Part shown: one piece after another, positions 26,097 to 34,132 of the stretch | How positions within the stretch are numbered: position 1 is the stretch's first letter | How the letters are laid out: each line of letters starts with the position of its first letter | Assembly (NCBI GenBank): GCA_964498095.1 | Contig: CAZCFY010000008.1 | Location: forward strand, 74,209-138,208 | DNA length: 64,000 nt | Origin: an uncultured Bdellovibrionales bacterium | Lineage (GTDB): Bacteria; Bdellovibrionota; Bdellovibrionia; Bdellovibrionales; SG-bin7 | Direction: 5' to 3' | The notes under the pieces: model-generated | Told to the model about the DNA's origin: nothing | Seen by the model: only the letters and a program-made list of their open reading frames with translations | Databases searched by the model: none | Program-made: the position numbers and the translations under genes

Positions 26097-26620
26097 TTGT
26101 CATTTCGTTCCTGGATATGTTTAATTAGCTCATCTACTGACATTTCTTCTGAGGATTTTTCTAATTTCGTTGTCAGCTGAACTACAAACTCATTGTCTCT
26201 TTTTCCAGCATTCTTAAAACGCACTTTGAGTGTTGGAAACCATTTGGAACTAAATGTCTTTATGAATTCGAGATTTGGGGGAGTGTCTTCAAGCTGCACA
26301 TCAATGCATAATCTTGAACTATTCTCAAGTGTTGTACAGTTAGATAAAACATACTTGGATATAGCCCGAATTCCTTCCATCTTGGCGGCTTTTAGTTCTG
26401 ACTCTAAGTCAGTAACAGTGTAGTTCTCTTTGTTTTGAAATATTAGATTAAATGTTTCTTTCGGGAATAATGACTTGAAGGTTTCGGGGCTCTGCTTTGA
26501 ATAATTCCAAATCTGAATGATCTTTTGATCAGTATAAGAATCTTTTAAAGAAAAATAAGCTGCTAATGCTAAAGTCAAACACAAAGTAATAATTGCGAGA
26601 GCTATTGGCCTAAATTTCAT
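26093..26620 (-). CDS. membrane-anchored hypothetical protein
   Basis: N-terminal TM helix MKFRPIALAIITLCLTLALAAYF. There are 4-bp ATGA overlaps with both neighbours. Confidence 0.5.
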   Translation of the reverse strand: MKFRPIALAIITLCLTLALAAYFSLKDSYTDQKIIQIWNYSKQSPETFKSLFPKETFNLIFQNKENYTVTDLESELKAAKMEGIRAISKYVLSNCTTLENSSRLCIDVQLEDTPPNLEFIKTFSSKWFPTLKVRFKNAGKRDNEFVVQLTTKLEKSSEEMSVDELIKHIQERNDK

Positions 26621-26931
26621 TTATTACTCGCAGTCTGTTTGCAGTACCCTTTTGCTTCGGCTTCATAAAACTGAATGATGAGAAATTCTCTCATGGTGAG
26701 TACCGTCTGTACGCCGCTTATAGATCCATTGGGACATTTCGCTTTTAAATCTGAATGAAGATTAAAAAACGGCGTTGTCAGGTGCAATACATCAACAGAG
26801 TACGATATGGTCTCGATAGGTGTCAGATTTCCTTGCTCAAAATCAGAAATTGATAAAGACGTTACCGATACGCAGGCGGTCTGGGAAAGGATTATTAAAA
26901 ACAAAAGTAGGTTTTTCATTGTAAACTTCAC
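26617..26931 (-). CDS. small lipoprotein
   Basis: Signal peptide plus lipobox-like LLFLIILSQTAC. First gene of a three-gene overlapping operon. Confidence 0.5.
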   Translation of the reverse strand: MKFTMKNLLLFLIILSQTACVSVTSLSISDFEQGNLTPIETISYSVDVLHLTTPFFNLHSDLKAKCPNGSISGVQTVLTMREFLIIQFYEAEAKGYCKQTASNK

Positions 26932-26944
26932 TTATTCTCACATG

Positions 26945-27022
26945 GCGAACTTTGCTGGCTAGTTGGCCGAGTTGAGTACAATCAGCCTCGCGGCGCAAAG
27001 TTCGCATAATCCAGCTAACGCC
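26945..27022 (+). repeat. modular intergenic repeat, copy 5
   Basis: The hairpin has arms gcgaactttgc (26945) and gcaaagttcgc (to 27005). The tail is ataatccagctaacgcc. Confidence 0.55.
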
Positions 27023-27145
27023 TTTTTATCCTACGGACAATTCTATTTGTGTAATTCTGCGCTGCCAAGTAGAATCAAATGTAATTGATTTTTACTTTAT
27101 ATAAATTAGTGAATTCGCATCAGGACTAACGTGTAGAAAGAGTTT

Positions 27146-27349
27146 ATGAGAATAGTATCTTTCAGTTTTTTGCTAATTATAACTGGATGTTTTGATCCTA
27201 AGCCAACGCACACACTGTGGGTTAAGAGTCTACGGGGAGAGAAAGAGAAAATAGCGGATTTTTATCAAAGCCATGAAGGCGGTAATGATTGTGAAGCGGT
27301 ACGAAAGCGTTGGACGGAAAACTATCAGCCTTGGTGTGAGGCTCATTAA
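27146..27349 (+). CDS. small lipoprotein-like protein (67 aa)
   Basis: MRIVSFSFLLIITGC lipobox. No other evidence. Confidence 0.35.
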   Translation: MRIVSFSFLLIITGCFDPKPTHTLWVKSLRGEKEKIADFYQSHEGGNDCEAVRKRWTENYQPWCEAH

Positions 27350-27436
27350 TTTTGAGTCGACGACTTGCTTGTGGTATTTTATAGATCTGGCGCTCTGAAA
27401 ATTGTAAAGAGTCGGATACCCTAGAGTAGGAGTAAA

Positions 27437-27979
27437 ATGAAGAAGTATGTTGGCAATTTTGTCGCCGGGGTTTTTGTAATTGGTTTTATTCTATTGAACT
27501 CTAAGAGTTGTGTTATACAGCCATGGCATCGGCCTGAAGCTGGGGCTATTTTCTCGCTCGATGGTGAAGGCAAAAGAGGGATAATGATGGTTTTCGTCTC
27601 TGATCTCTTGGTGATGTTTTGGTACACCGACGGTAAAGGCTCAATGGAAGGAACCTTAAATGAGGTAAGAGGAAACTTAGCAACTAATTACTTTTGGAAT
27701 ATTTGGCGCATTGAAGGACCATATGTTTGGTGGCCTTTAAGAATCTATCCGTCTCACCTAAAACCAGTAAACGCAGAAATTAAGACACTTCAAAAAGTTA
27801 TCCATAGCCCCGAAAAAGGTTTTAATCCGGTATTTCAAAGTAAGGGAGATACAACCTACACCACGCTGTTGGTTGGTGATAACGTGGTTGAGTTTCATGG
27901 AATGACTCTTAAGCGAGAAAAGGACAATCCCGAATTGGTGAGCAAGTTGTTTTCTAGTTTTATTCCGGAGACGAAATAA
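27437..27979 (+). CDS. membrane-anchored hypothetical protein
   Basis: N-terminal TM helix NFVAGVFVIGFILL. 180 aa, no recognised domain. Confidence 0.5.
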   Translation: MKKYVGNFVAGVFVIGFILLNSKSCVIQPWHRPEAGAIFSLDGEGKRGIMMVFVSDLLVMFWYTDGKGSMEGTLNEVRGNLATNYFWNIWRIEGPYVWWPLRIYPSHLKPVNAEIKTLQKVIHSPEKGFNPVFQSKGDTTYTTLLVGDNVVEFHGMTLKREKDNPELVSKLFSSFIPETK

Positions 27980-28380
27980 GGTTGGTTGTATTCGTGAAGA
28001 AACGGAAAAGGGCATACATTTTGCGCTTTAAGGATTAAATCCTAACTATGGTAATGGCGATATTGAAGCGGAATCAGGTAATCAGATAAAATTGGATAGG
28101 GAGACGAACAAGTTTTGAAGAAAGTCGATTGGAAAAGAGCATTTTATGCGGCCGCTTTAGTTGCAGGAGTAATAGCAATTTTAATTGTGTTAACTAGTCC
28201 ATACTCTTGTGTAGACTTTAAAAGTAAGGCTAAAAGATTTGAGGACGCCCATTAGGCTGATCGTCAACGAGCAAACGGCGCTGCTTATGGGCTTGTCGGA
28301 AGATTACTCAATCAGTAAAGAGGGAACCACCTAGGTGTCGGAGGTTGTCCCTGGGTAGAAGGAAATTCAGATAAAATATA

Positions 28381-29907
28381 ATGCCTAAAACTAAATATAC
28401 GATTGAAGATATGCAAAAGTTCGCCAAGGAAAAGGGTGGGCGGTGTTTATCTAAACGGTATGTTAATTCCCACAGTAAGCTGTTGTGGAAATGTCAGCGA
28501 GGGCATACTTGGAAAGCGATGCCGATTTCTATTACCAGGGGTTCATGGTGCCAAAGGTGTGGTTGGATTAGTACTGGAGAAAAAAATCAAGCGCGAATAC
28601 TTGGTCACAAAAGCCATTTAGACGCACAAAGAGAAATGCTAAGAAAAGCCCGCAAGATTGCTAGAGTTAGGGGTGGGCGGCTTCTTTCTGGAAAATACAA
28701 CAATAATAGTTCTTCACTATCCTGGAGATGTGAAAATCGTCATATTTGGAAAGCAAAATACGCAAATGTTGTTAATGGCAATTGGTGTCCATATTGTACA
28801 AAAAACTATGGTGAGAAAATCGTGCGGGAGATATTTGAGAAAGTAACCGGTAGAGAATTCCACTTGGCCTATCCCAAGTGGCTTAAAAATGGCGACGGGA
28901 ATCAGCTCCAGCTTGATGGTTACAATGAATCATTAAGGATAGCGTTTGAACATCAAGGAAAGCAGCACTTTCAGGCTTTAGATGTTATGGGGGGTAGGAA
29001 AGGCCTATTGTCCCGATTAAGAAACGACAGAATAAAAAAGCAGCTTTGTAAAAGGAAAATGGTAAGTCTATTAATAATAAAATCCGTACCCCAAATCGTC
29101 TCTGTAGATGAGGCAAAAAAAATAATCTTAGACTTTTGTCAACGGCATCGAGTTAGTAAAGTTCATAAAGTTGAGGATATTAAAATCAATTTCAATTCTA
29201 TTTATGGATCAGATGGCGAGAAAATACTTTCGGCCATAGAAAACGAAGTTAGAAAAATGGGTGGGAGAATTATTGACAGAAAATATCATGGATGGAATGG
29301 CAATATTTCCTTTAAATGTCGAAGTGGTCATACGTGGTCTACTCGGCCCAAACATATTTTAAACGGATCATGGTGTCCTGTATGTGCGGGAAAGGTACCT
29401 TTGGGGATACAACTAATGCTTGAAATCGCTAACCAACGAGGCGGGGCGTGCTTATCCACTGGTTACAAAAACGCGCATACTTCTCTTAAATGGCAATGTG
29501 GCAAAGGTCATATGTGGTACGCGCCTGCGATGACGATTAGAAGAGGGGCATGGTGCGCAAAGTGTGCCGGAGTGGCAAAGCTTTCAATTGAGGATATGAA
29601 AGTGCTAGCGAAGCGGAACGGTGGACAATGTTTATCCAAAAAGTACTTCAATGTTTTCAAAAAAATAAAATGGAAGTGTGGAGAGGGCCACATATTTGTC
29701 GCAATGCCAGCTTCTGTTAGGCGTGGGTCCTGGTGCCCGATATGTCGGCGAGGAATTACTTGGACAAAACCACTCGCAGTGAAGGCAGCTAAAAAATATA
29801 AAAGTCGATCAGAATTAAAAAAGAACGCATGGGGCGGATGGGACTACCTTAGGCGTGCGGGATTATTGGATCAAGTTATGCCGAAATCGAAGACTCGCAA
29901 AAAATAG
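28381..29907 (+). CDS. five-fold treble-clef zinc-ribbon (DUF4379-like) repeat protein with a central PD-(D/E)XK-type nuclease core
   Basis: Five repeats fit the pattern GG+cLS..Y.n....L.W+C..GH.W.a....i.+G.WCp.C, two before and three after the core. The core segment GEKIVREIFE ... LQLDGYNESLRIAFEHQGKQHF matches the E...D...E.Q(K) endonuclease module seen with these zinc ribbons in phage and giant-virus genes. Confidence 0.7.
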   Translation: MPKTKYTIEDMQKFAKEKGGRCLSKRYVNSHSKLLWKCQRGHTWKAMPISITRGSWCQRCGWISTGEKNQARILGHKSHLDAQREMLRKARKIARVRGGRLLSGKYNNNSSSLSWRCENRHIWKAKYANVVNGNWCPYCTKNYGEKIVREIFEKVTGREFHLAYPKWLKNGDGNQLQLDGYNESLRIAFEHQGKQHFQALDVMGGRKGLLSRLRNDRIKKQLCKRKMVSLLIIKSVPQIVSVDEAKKIILDFCQRHRVSKVHKVEDIKINFNSIYGSDGEKILSAIENEVRKMGGRIIDRKYHGWNGNISFKCRSGHTWSTRPKHILNGSWCPVCAGKVPLGIQLMLEIANQRGGACLSTGYKNAHTSLKWQCGKGHMWYAPAMTIRRGAWCAKCAGVAKLSIEDMKVLAKRNGGQCLSKKYFNVFKKIKWKCGEGHIFVAMPASVRRGSWCPICRRGITWTKPLAVKAAKKYKSRSELKKNAWGGWDYLRRAGLLDQVMPKSKTRKK

Positions 29908-29937
29908 TGAGTGGAAATAGGGAGTGTGTTTTAAAGG

Positions 29938-30432
29938 TTACTGAACTGGTCCCCCAAACAGGATTTCGTTTTGTATATCGTAAAAATATACTCTTGCGAA
30001 CGGAATGTTTTTCTTGTAGTGCCGAATAATTTCTCTTAAATTTATATTTTGTAGCGGAGCGAGATTTTGATCTCCAATAATTTCAAACGGCTTTAGATTT
30101 TCAGTATGGATAACTAACCAACATTGTGTGGCATCGGCGTTCGCGGTGTACTTTTCAAGAGACTTGGCTTTGTCGCTAATTATCTGAACTATTTCATTGC
30201 CAAATCCTATCCATCCGCCATCGTCGTGCAGAGAGTGTCCCCTATAATAGCGTTTTCGAGATTCGCTTTTAATTTTATTCTTTTTAATCTTAGCATCATT
30301 TGAATATGAGGTTAATTCGACGGCTATGTTTTCTTTGGCTGTCCTAACAATGAAATCAGGTGATTCAGATGGATCAATACCAAGGACATCAAGTTCGTTA
30401 TGGTCTTTTAAAGCCTTTGCTACCGCGCCCAT
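29938..30432 (-). CDS. hypothetical protein, possible PD-(D/E)XK restriction-endonuclease-like fold
   Basis: ORF 29938-30513. The internal ATG at 30432 (MGAVAKALKD...) avoids a 44-nt overlap with the upstream gene. SPDFIVRTAKENIAVELTSY resembles a PD...(D/E)xK-type core with Thr in place of Lys. Confidence 0.4.
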   Translation of the reverse strand: MGAVAKALKDHNELDVLGIDPSESPDFIVRTAKENIAVELTSYSNDAKIKKNKIKSESRKRYYRGHSLHDDGGWIGFGNEIVQIISDKAKSLEKYTANADATQCWLVIHTENLKPFEIIGDQNLAPLQNINLREIIRHYKKNIPFARVYFYDIQNEILFGGPVQ

Positions 30433-30469
30433 GACCTTAAACTCAATTAGCTTTTTTGTGGTTGTCAGC

Positions 30470-31288
30470 TTAGGTCTCCTTATTTTCTGCACTTTCTGAT
30501 GGCGAATAATCAATTTTCGGTGGTAAGTCTGTCATCGCGTAATGTACAAACTGTTGGCCAAGCTGTGTAAGCTCGTATTGGTCTTCATCATCAAAGGCCG
30601 ATGTTATTGTGGATGATCCTGTGCCTTTCGATTTGGGCCTTTTGACAAAGTTCCCATAATAATCTTTTTCCCGACATTGTCTAATAATTCCGCCAGTTGA
30701 TAGATCTCTGAACAAAAGTTTGTAGAGATCGGCTTCGGCTGAATCTTCACGAACCTTATCTCTTCCCAGTGATCGCCACACCCCGCCGCGGGTTATTCCA
30801 GCATTGTTGTAAATTGCAGCAACTACTTTAAAGTGCAATTCAGAATAAGTATTTATCCAATCAATGAAGAGCCTGATTACATCGTCTACAGTAAGATCCG
30901 TGGCTGCGGCATTTGCTAAAATATTTCTAATATATATTCGTTTTTCTTTGCTTTCTGCGCCAGACCACTCGCGAAAAGTTTTGCGAATGAGAGATTGATA
31001 TTCAGGACTTTCAATTCTTTCCTTAATGTTTTCATCGTGCAAATCCAGTCGGGCTAAAATTTCAACAATTGTTTCAGCCTTTTCCTTTAATTCATCCTCG
31101 AGCATTTTTAGCCACTGATCGAAGAATTTATTTACCTTGTCTTGCTCTCTCTCAGACCAATAACCGGCTGCGGCCGATAGCATGCCGCCAACATAAGGTA
31201 CTACACTCGCAATCTGAAGCGCGCCCCGAGCTGCTTTAGATGCTCCGTTCTCAGCTGGCAGCTGTGAACCGCAAGTTTCTTCGCTCAT
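30470..31288 (-). CDS. hypothetical protein (272 aa) of unknown family
   Basis: Long clean ORF starting 3 nt after the stop of the DUF2188 gene. It has an N-terminal Gly/Ala-rich hydrophobic patch (ALQIASVVPYVGGMLSAAAGYW), a helical middle (IRNILANAAATDLTVDDVIRLFIDWINTYSELHF), and a possible wHTH-like C-terminus. Confidence 0.55.
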   Translation of the reverse strand: MSEETCGSQLPAENGASKAARGALQIASVVPYVGGMLSAAAGYWSEREQDKVNKFFDQWLKMLEDELKEKAETIVEILARLDLHDENIKERIESPEYQSLIRKTFREWSGAESKEKRIYIRNILANAAATDLTVDDVIRLFIDWINTYSELHFKVVAAIYNNAGITRGGVWRSLGRDKVREDSAEADLYKLLFRDLSTGGIIRQCREKDYYGNFVKRPKSKGTGSSTITSAFDDEDQYELTQLGQQFVHYAMTDLPPKIDYSPSESAENKET

Positions 31289-31291
31289 CGC

Positions 31292-31591
31292 TCAGCCCTT
31301 CGGTGGATAGGGATCTTTTTTGTAAGTGCGCTCTTCCTGGATGCGGCCATTTTCACCTTTGATGATGAGTTGGTCGCCACCCCAATTTCGCGTGGTTGTT
31401 GGCGCATCTTTTTTGGCGTCGGATTTATTTTGATAGGTCGCTATGGGATTTTCGTCGCCTCGGCGTTTAAGTTGCCAGTTATCGTTTTGGCGGTTTTTGG
31501 TTAGTTCAAACGTCTTTGATTTTTTCACTGAAAGCCCCCTCCTGGGTAAGTGGTTGAGCTTTAAATTTGAGTTGACTGACGAAATCGTCAA
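31292..31591 (-). CDS. DUF2188-like small protein
   Basis: NDNWQLKRRGDENPIATYQNKSDAKKDA ... DQLIIKGENGRIQEERTYKKDPYPPKG fits the DUF2188 pattern (W.v...g...a...f.tk.eA ... l.ih..dG.iqe..ty..DP.P). Confidence 0.55.
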   Translation of the reverse strand: MTISSVNSNLKLNHLPRRGLSVKKSKTFELTKNRQNDNWQLKRRGDENPIATYQNKSDAKKDAPTTTRNWGGDQLIIKGENGRIQEERTYKKDPYPPKG

Positions 31592-31711
31592 GTTAGCTCT
31601 ATAATTTTTTTTGCTTAAGCTAGAGGCGGTTTACTAGTTAAACTAAACTATTTTTGTACGCTGAGAACGGTTTGGCTGGTCTGTTGGGAAGATCCTTGAG
31701 AGAATCAGGCC

Positions 31712-32197
31712 ATGAGCCAAGGTAATCGGATTTCATCGGTATTTTTTTATTATTATTCCAGGATTTTTGCGGTGTTTTGGTTTGGTGGGTTACTAGTGGC
31801 AACTGGCGCGATGCTTTGGGGAGCATACTGCGGGAAAGTAAAGGGCGTTGACCTCCCATTTATTTTTATTCCAGTTGCGATGATGGTTTTTGGTTTTTTC
31901 TTTTTTAAGAAATTTATTTTCGATTTTCAAGCTGATGTTTGGGACTTTGGTGATCACTTACTAGTTAAAAAATCTGGAGTAGAAGATAAGATTCTCTTAT
32001 CGGATATTAAGAATGTTGGGTACAGCAGGTTTTCACCACAATTTGTAACGCTCTCACTTCGCAAAACATCAAAATTTGGAAACGAGATTATGTTTTTAAC
32101 AAAAATTAGTCCGGCCATGATGATTCCTTTTGCAAAAAGCCCATTAGTGGAGGACCTAATTGATCGAGTTGATAAGGCTAGGATTGGGAGTGGCTGA
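31712..32197 (+). CDS. membrane protein (two TM helices plus a possible bacterial PH-like domain)
   Basis: Two hydrophobic helices are followed by a soluble domain of about 90 aa. Preferred over the overlapping minus ORF 31638-31859. Confidence 0.45.
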   Translation: MSQGNRISSVFFYYYSRIFAVFWFGGLLVATGAMLWGAYCGKVKGVDLPFIFIPVAMMVFGFFFFKKFIFDFQADVWDFGDHLLVKKSGVEDKILLSDIKNVGYSRFSPQFVTLSLRKTSKFGNEIMFLTKISPAMMIPFAKSPLVEDLIDRVDKARIGSG

Positions 32198-32350
32198 ATT
32201 ACGAACCTTGTTCGGTGCTCGGGCGTTCTCAGTAACGCGTAACCGGTTAATAGTAAACCGATATTGTTTTCAGGAACTGTTTACGGGTAGCTATCAGCTG
32301 ATTACAGGGGGCCTTTAAAAACCAAGCGGGAGTTAGAGGGGAGATTGGGA

Positions 32351-32911
32351 TTAATGGTCAGTGAATTCCGTGCGCAAAATTCCATAAACTTCGATATCAA
32401 CATAAATTCCATTTTTTTTAAATTCTTGACGTAGTAACCCTTCTTTTTTCATTCCGGCCTTAACCATTACTCTTCCCGAAGATGGGTTAGATGACATATG
32501 CCTTGAGGTAATTTTATTGAGGTTTAATTTTTCAAAGCCAAATTTAAGGACTGCTAGCGCAGCTTCAGAGCAGTATCCGTTATTCCAATAATCCACACCT
32601 ATCCAATAACCTAATTCCGCCTTACTATTTCCATCTGCAATTCCATTTAAATCGATGCATCCGATAAGTTTGTCATTTTCTTTAAGAGTAATCGCAAATT
32701 GGACAGCATTTCCTTTTTGAAACCAAAGATTGTGTTTGTTTATCCATTCTTGAGCGGCCCCATCAGGATATGGATGTGGTATTGTTGCCGTAGTAGCTGC
32801 CACAAGGGGGTGGCCAGCCATCCTTTGAACAGCTTCAGCATCAGACAAAACGAATGGGCGCAGTACAAGTCTTTCCGTTACTAAACTAGGTCTATTTTTA
32901 TTTTCCACCAA
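32351..32911 (-). CDS. GNAT family N-acetyltransferase (RimJ/RimL-like)
   Basis: TERLVLRPFVLSDAEAVQRM ... IGCIDLNGI ... ELGYWIGVDYWNNGYCSEAALAVLKFGFEKLNLNKI is the typical RimJ/L-type GNAT layout. Confidence 0.9.
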   Translation of the reverse strand: MVENKNRPSLVTERLVLRPFVLSDAEAVQRMAGHPLVAATTATIPHPYPDGAAQEWINKHNLWFQKGNAVQFAITLKENDKLIGCIDLNGIADGNSKAELGYWIGVDYWNNGYCSEAALAVLKFGFEKLNLNKITSRHMSSNPSSGRVMVKAGMKKEGLLRQEFKKNGIYVDIEVYGILRTEFTDH

Positions 32912-33060
32912 ATGATTTTCTCAAAATGGTTTGTAGCTGTCTAGAGTTCTAGTGGTTATAATGCGGGGATTTGGCTAAGAATTCACGGACTTTTGAGGGT
33001 TTTTGGCGTTTGGGGAAACGAAAGCTGCTCGCCAAAGAGCAAATTAGGAATTTAAGGTTC

Positions 33061-33119
33061 GATTTAATCACTGTCGTTGTTATCCCTCGCGGTGCTCGGG
33101 CGCATAATCTAGCTAACGC
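33061..33119 (+). repeat. modular intergenic repeat, copy 6 (tail motifs only)
   Basis: gatttaatcactgtcgttgttatccctcgcggtgctcgggcgc is followed by cataatctagctaacgc. It shares gttatccctc with copy 1 and ataatc.agctaacgc with copy 5. Confidence 0.45.
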
Positions 33120-33181
33120 ATTTTACCCTGACGGGCACCCGCATTTCTAGGCTGCCGCACCGATGCCTGGGGTCGGCGCTT

Positions 33182-33640
33182 CTAATTTGCAATATGCCAG
33201 GAATTATATAAACCACCAGCGCATACTTTGCCAGTGCGGCTCACGTGCCACGAGTTGTATTGGCCACCACAACAAACTTCGCCAGTTGATGATTCATGCC
33301 AGGAGTTGTATTGGCCACCGCAAGCGACTTTGCCAGTGCGGCTTTCGTGCCAGGAGTTATACTGACCACCAGCGCAAACTTCGCCAGTTGAAGATTCATG
33401 CCAGGAGTTGTATTGGCCACCGCAAGCGACTTTGCCAGTGCGGCTTTCGTGCCAGGAGTTATACTGACCACCAGCGCAAACTTCGCCGGTTGAAGATTCA
33501 TGCCATGAGTTGTATTGGCCGCCACAAGCGACTTTCCCGGTAGATGTTTCATGCCAGGAATTATATTTTCCCCCACAGGCGATCGATTCAGAAAATGCAG
33601 GTGAGGAAAGAAGGGTTAATAGCAAAATTAGTTTCTTCAT
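33182..33640 (-). CDS. secreted tandem-repeat protein (eight 17-aa units of consensus C/A-C/A-GGQYNSWHES-x-TG-x-V)
   Basis: Signal peptide MKKLILLLTLLSSPAFS, then ACGGKYNSWHETSTGKV, ACGGQYNSWHESSTGEV, CAGGQYNSWHESRTGKV and so on. I recognise no family. The two other long ORFs over the same DNA are repeat shadows. Confidence 0.75.
   Translation of the reverse strand: MKKLILLLTLLSSPAFSESIACGGKYNSWHETSTGKVACGGQYNSWHESSTGEVCAGGQYNSWHESRTGKVACGGQYNSWHESSTGEVCAGGQYNSWHESRTGKVACGGQYNSWHESSTGEVCCGGQYNSWHVSRTGKVCAGGLYNSWHIAN
33185..33580. repeat. coding tandem repeat: 51-bp unit with a higher-order 102-bp unit
   Basis: 33301-33402 and 33403-33504 differ at a single base (cgccagttg versus cgccggttg). 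The flanking units are more diverged. Confidence 0.9.
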
Positions 33641-33652
33641 TTCACGATCTCC

Positions 33653-34132
33653 TTAGAGATTAACCGCACATTTAGGGATATCAGAATTTGTTAAATCATT
33701 AATGTGCGTCGGGTAGCTTCGGCAAATGTTTCCTAAGTTAATATTATAAAGAATAGCATTTTGATCAACAGATATTAGAATCGCTGAATCTTTCATATTG
33801 GGTAGAAATCTTAATACATCCTTTGCTTCACGAACATTATATTGGGTCATAAAAACATCAAATTTACCCATTTCTATCCAAGATTGATAAACTTCGTTAG
33901 TTTTTAGATTCATCAATGCCCAATAAAGTTTTGGAGGCAATTTTGAAATTTCGTTTTGGGAAAGATTAGATTTAATCAGAAGAGTCCAGCTGTATACGTC
34001 ATCATAGGCGTATTGCATGCCAATGTTTGGTTTACCCTGTGAATCTATGTCGGGAATAATTTCCTTTCCGAGATCAGTAGCATCTACTTGGTAGAAACCA
34101 AAAACCACAAAAAGGCTTAAAAGGTATTTCAT
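33653..34132 (-). CDS. exported hypothetical protein
   Basis: Signal peptide MKYLLSLFVVFGFYQVDA. ATGA overlap with the upstream gene. Confidence 0.5.
   Translation of the reverse strand: MKYLLSLFVVFGFYQVDATDLGKEIIPDIDSQGKPNIGMQYAYDDVYSWTLLIKSNLSQNEISKLPPKLYWALMNLKTNEVYQSWIEMGKFDVFMTQYNVREAKDVLRFLPNMKDSAILISVDQNAILYNINLGNICRSYPTHINDLTNSDIPKCAVNL

Noticed and set aside
21235-27022. Interpretation of the modular repeats as integron attC sites (the ..GCTAAC.. tail resembles an RYYYAAC inverse core)
   Set aside because: No matching GTTRRRY core is found at the opposite end of each element, and no IntI-type integrase or attI is in the window. The flanking ORFs point in both directions. The resemblance is limited to 5-6 nt.
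33163-33576. Two additional long ORFs over the tandem repeat (33163-33543 on +, 33241-33576 on -), and a CRISPR-like appearance of the periodic DNA
   Set aside because: Periodic sequence keeps several frames open. Only the 33182-33640 minus frame has a signal peptide and a sensible start. The repeats are contiguous (no spacers), have a 51/102-bp period and are coding, so this is not a CRISPR array.
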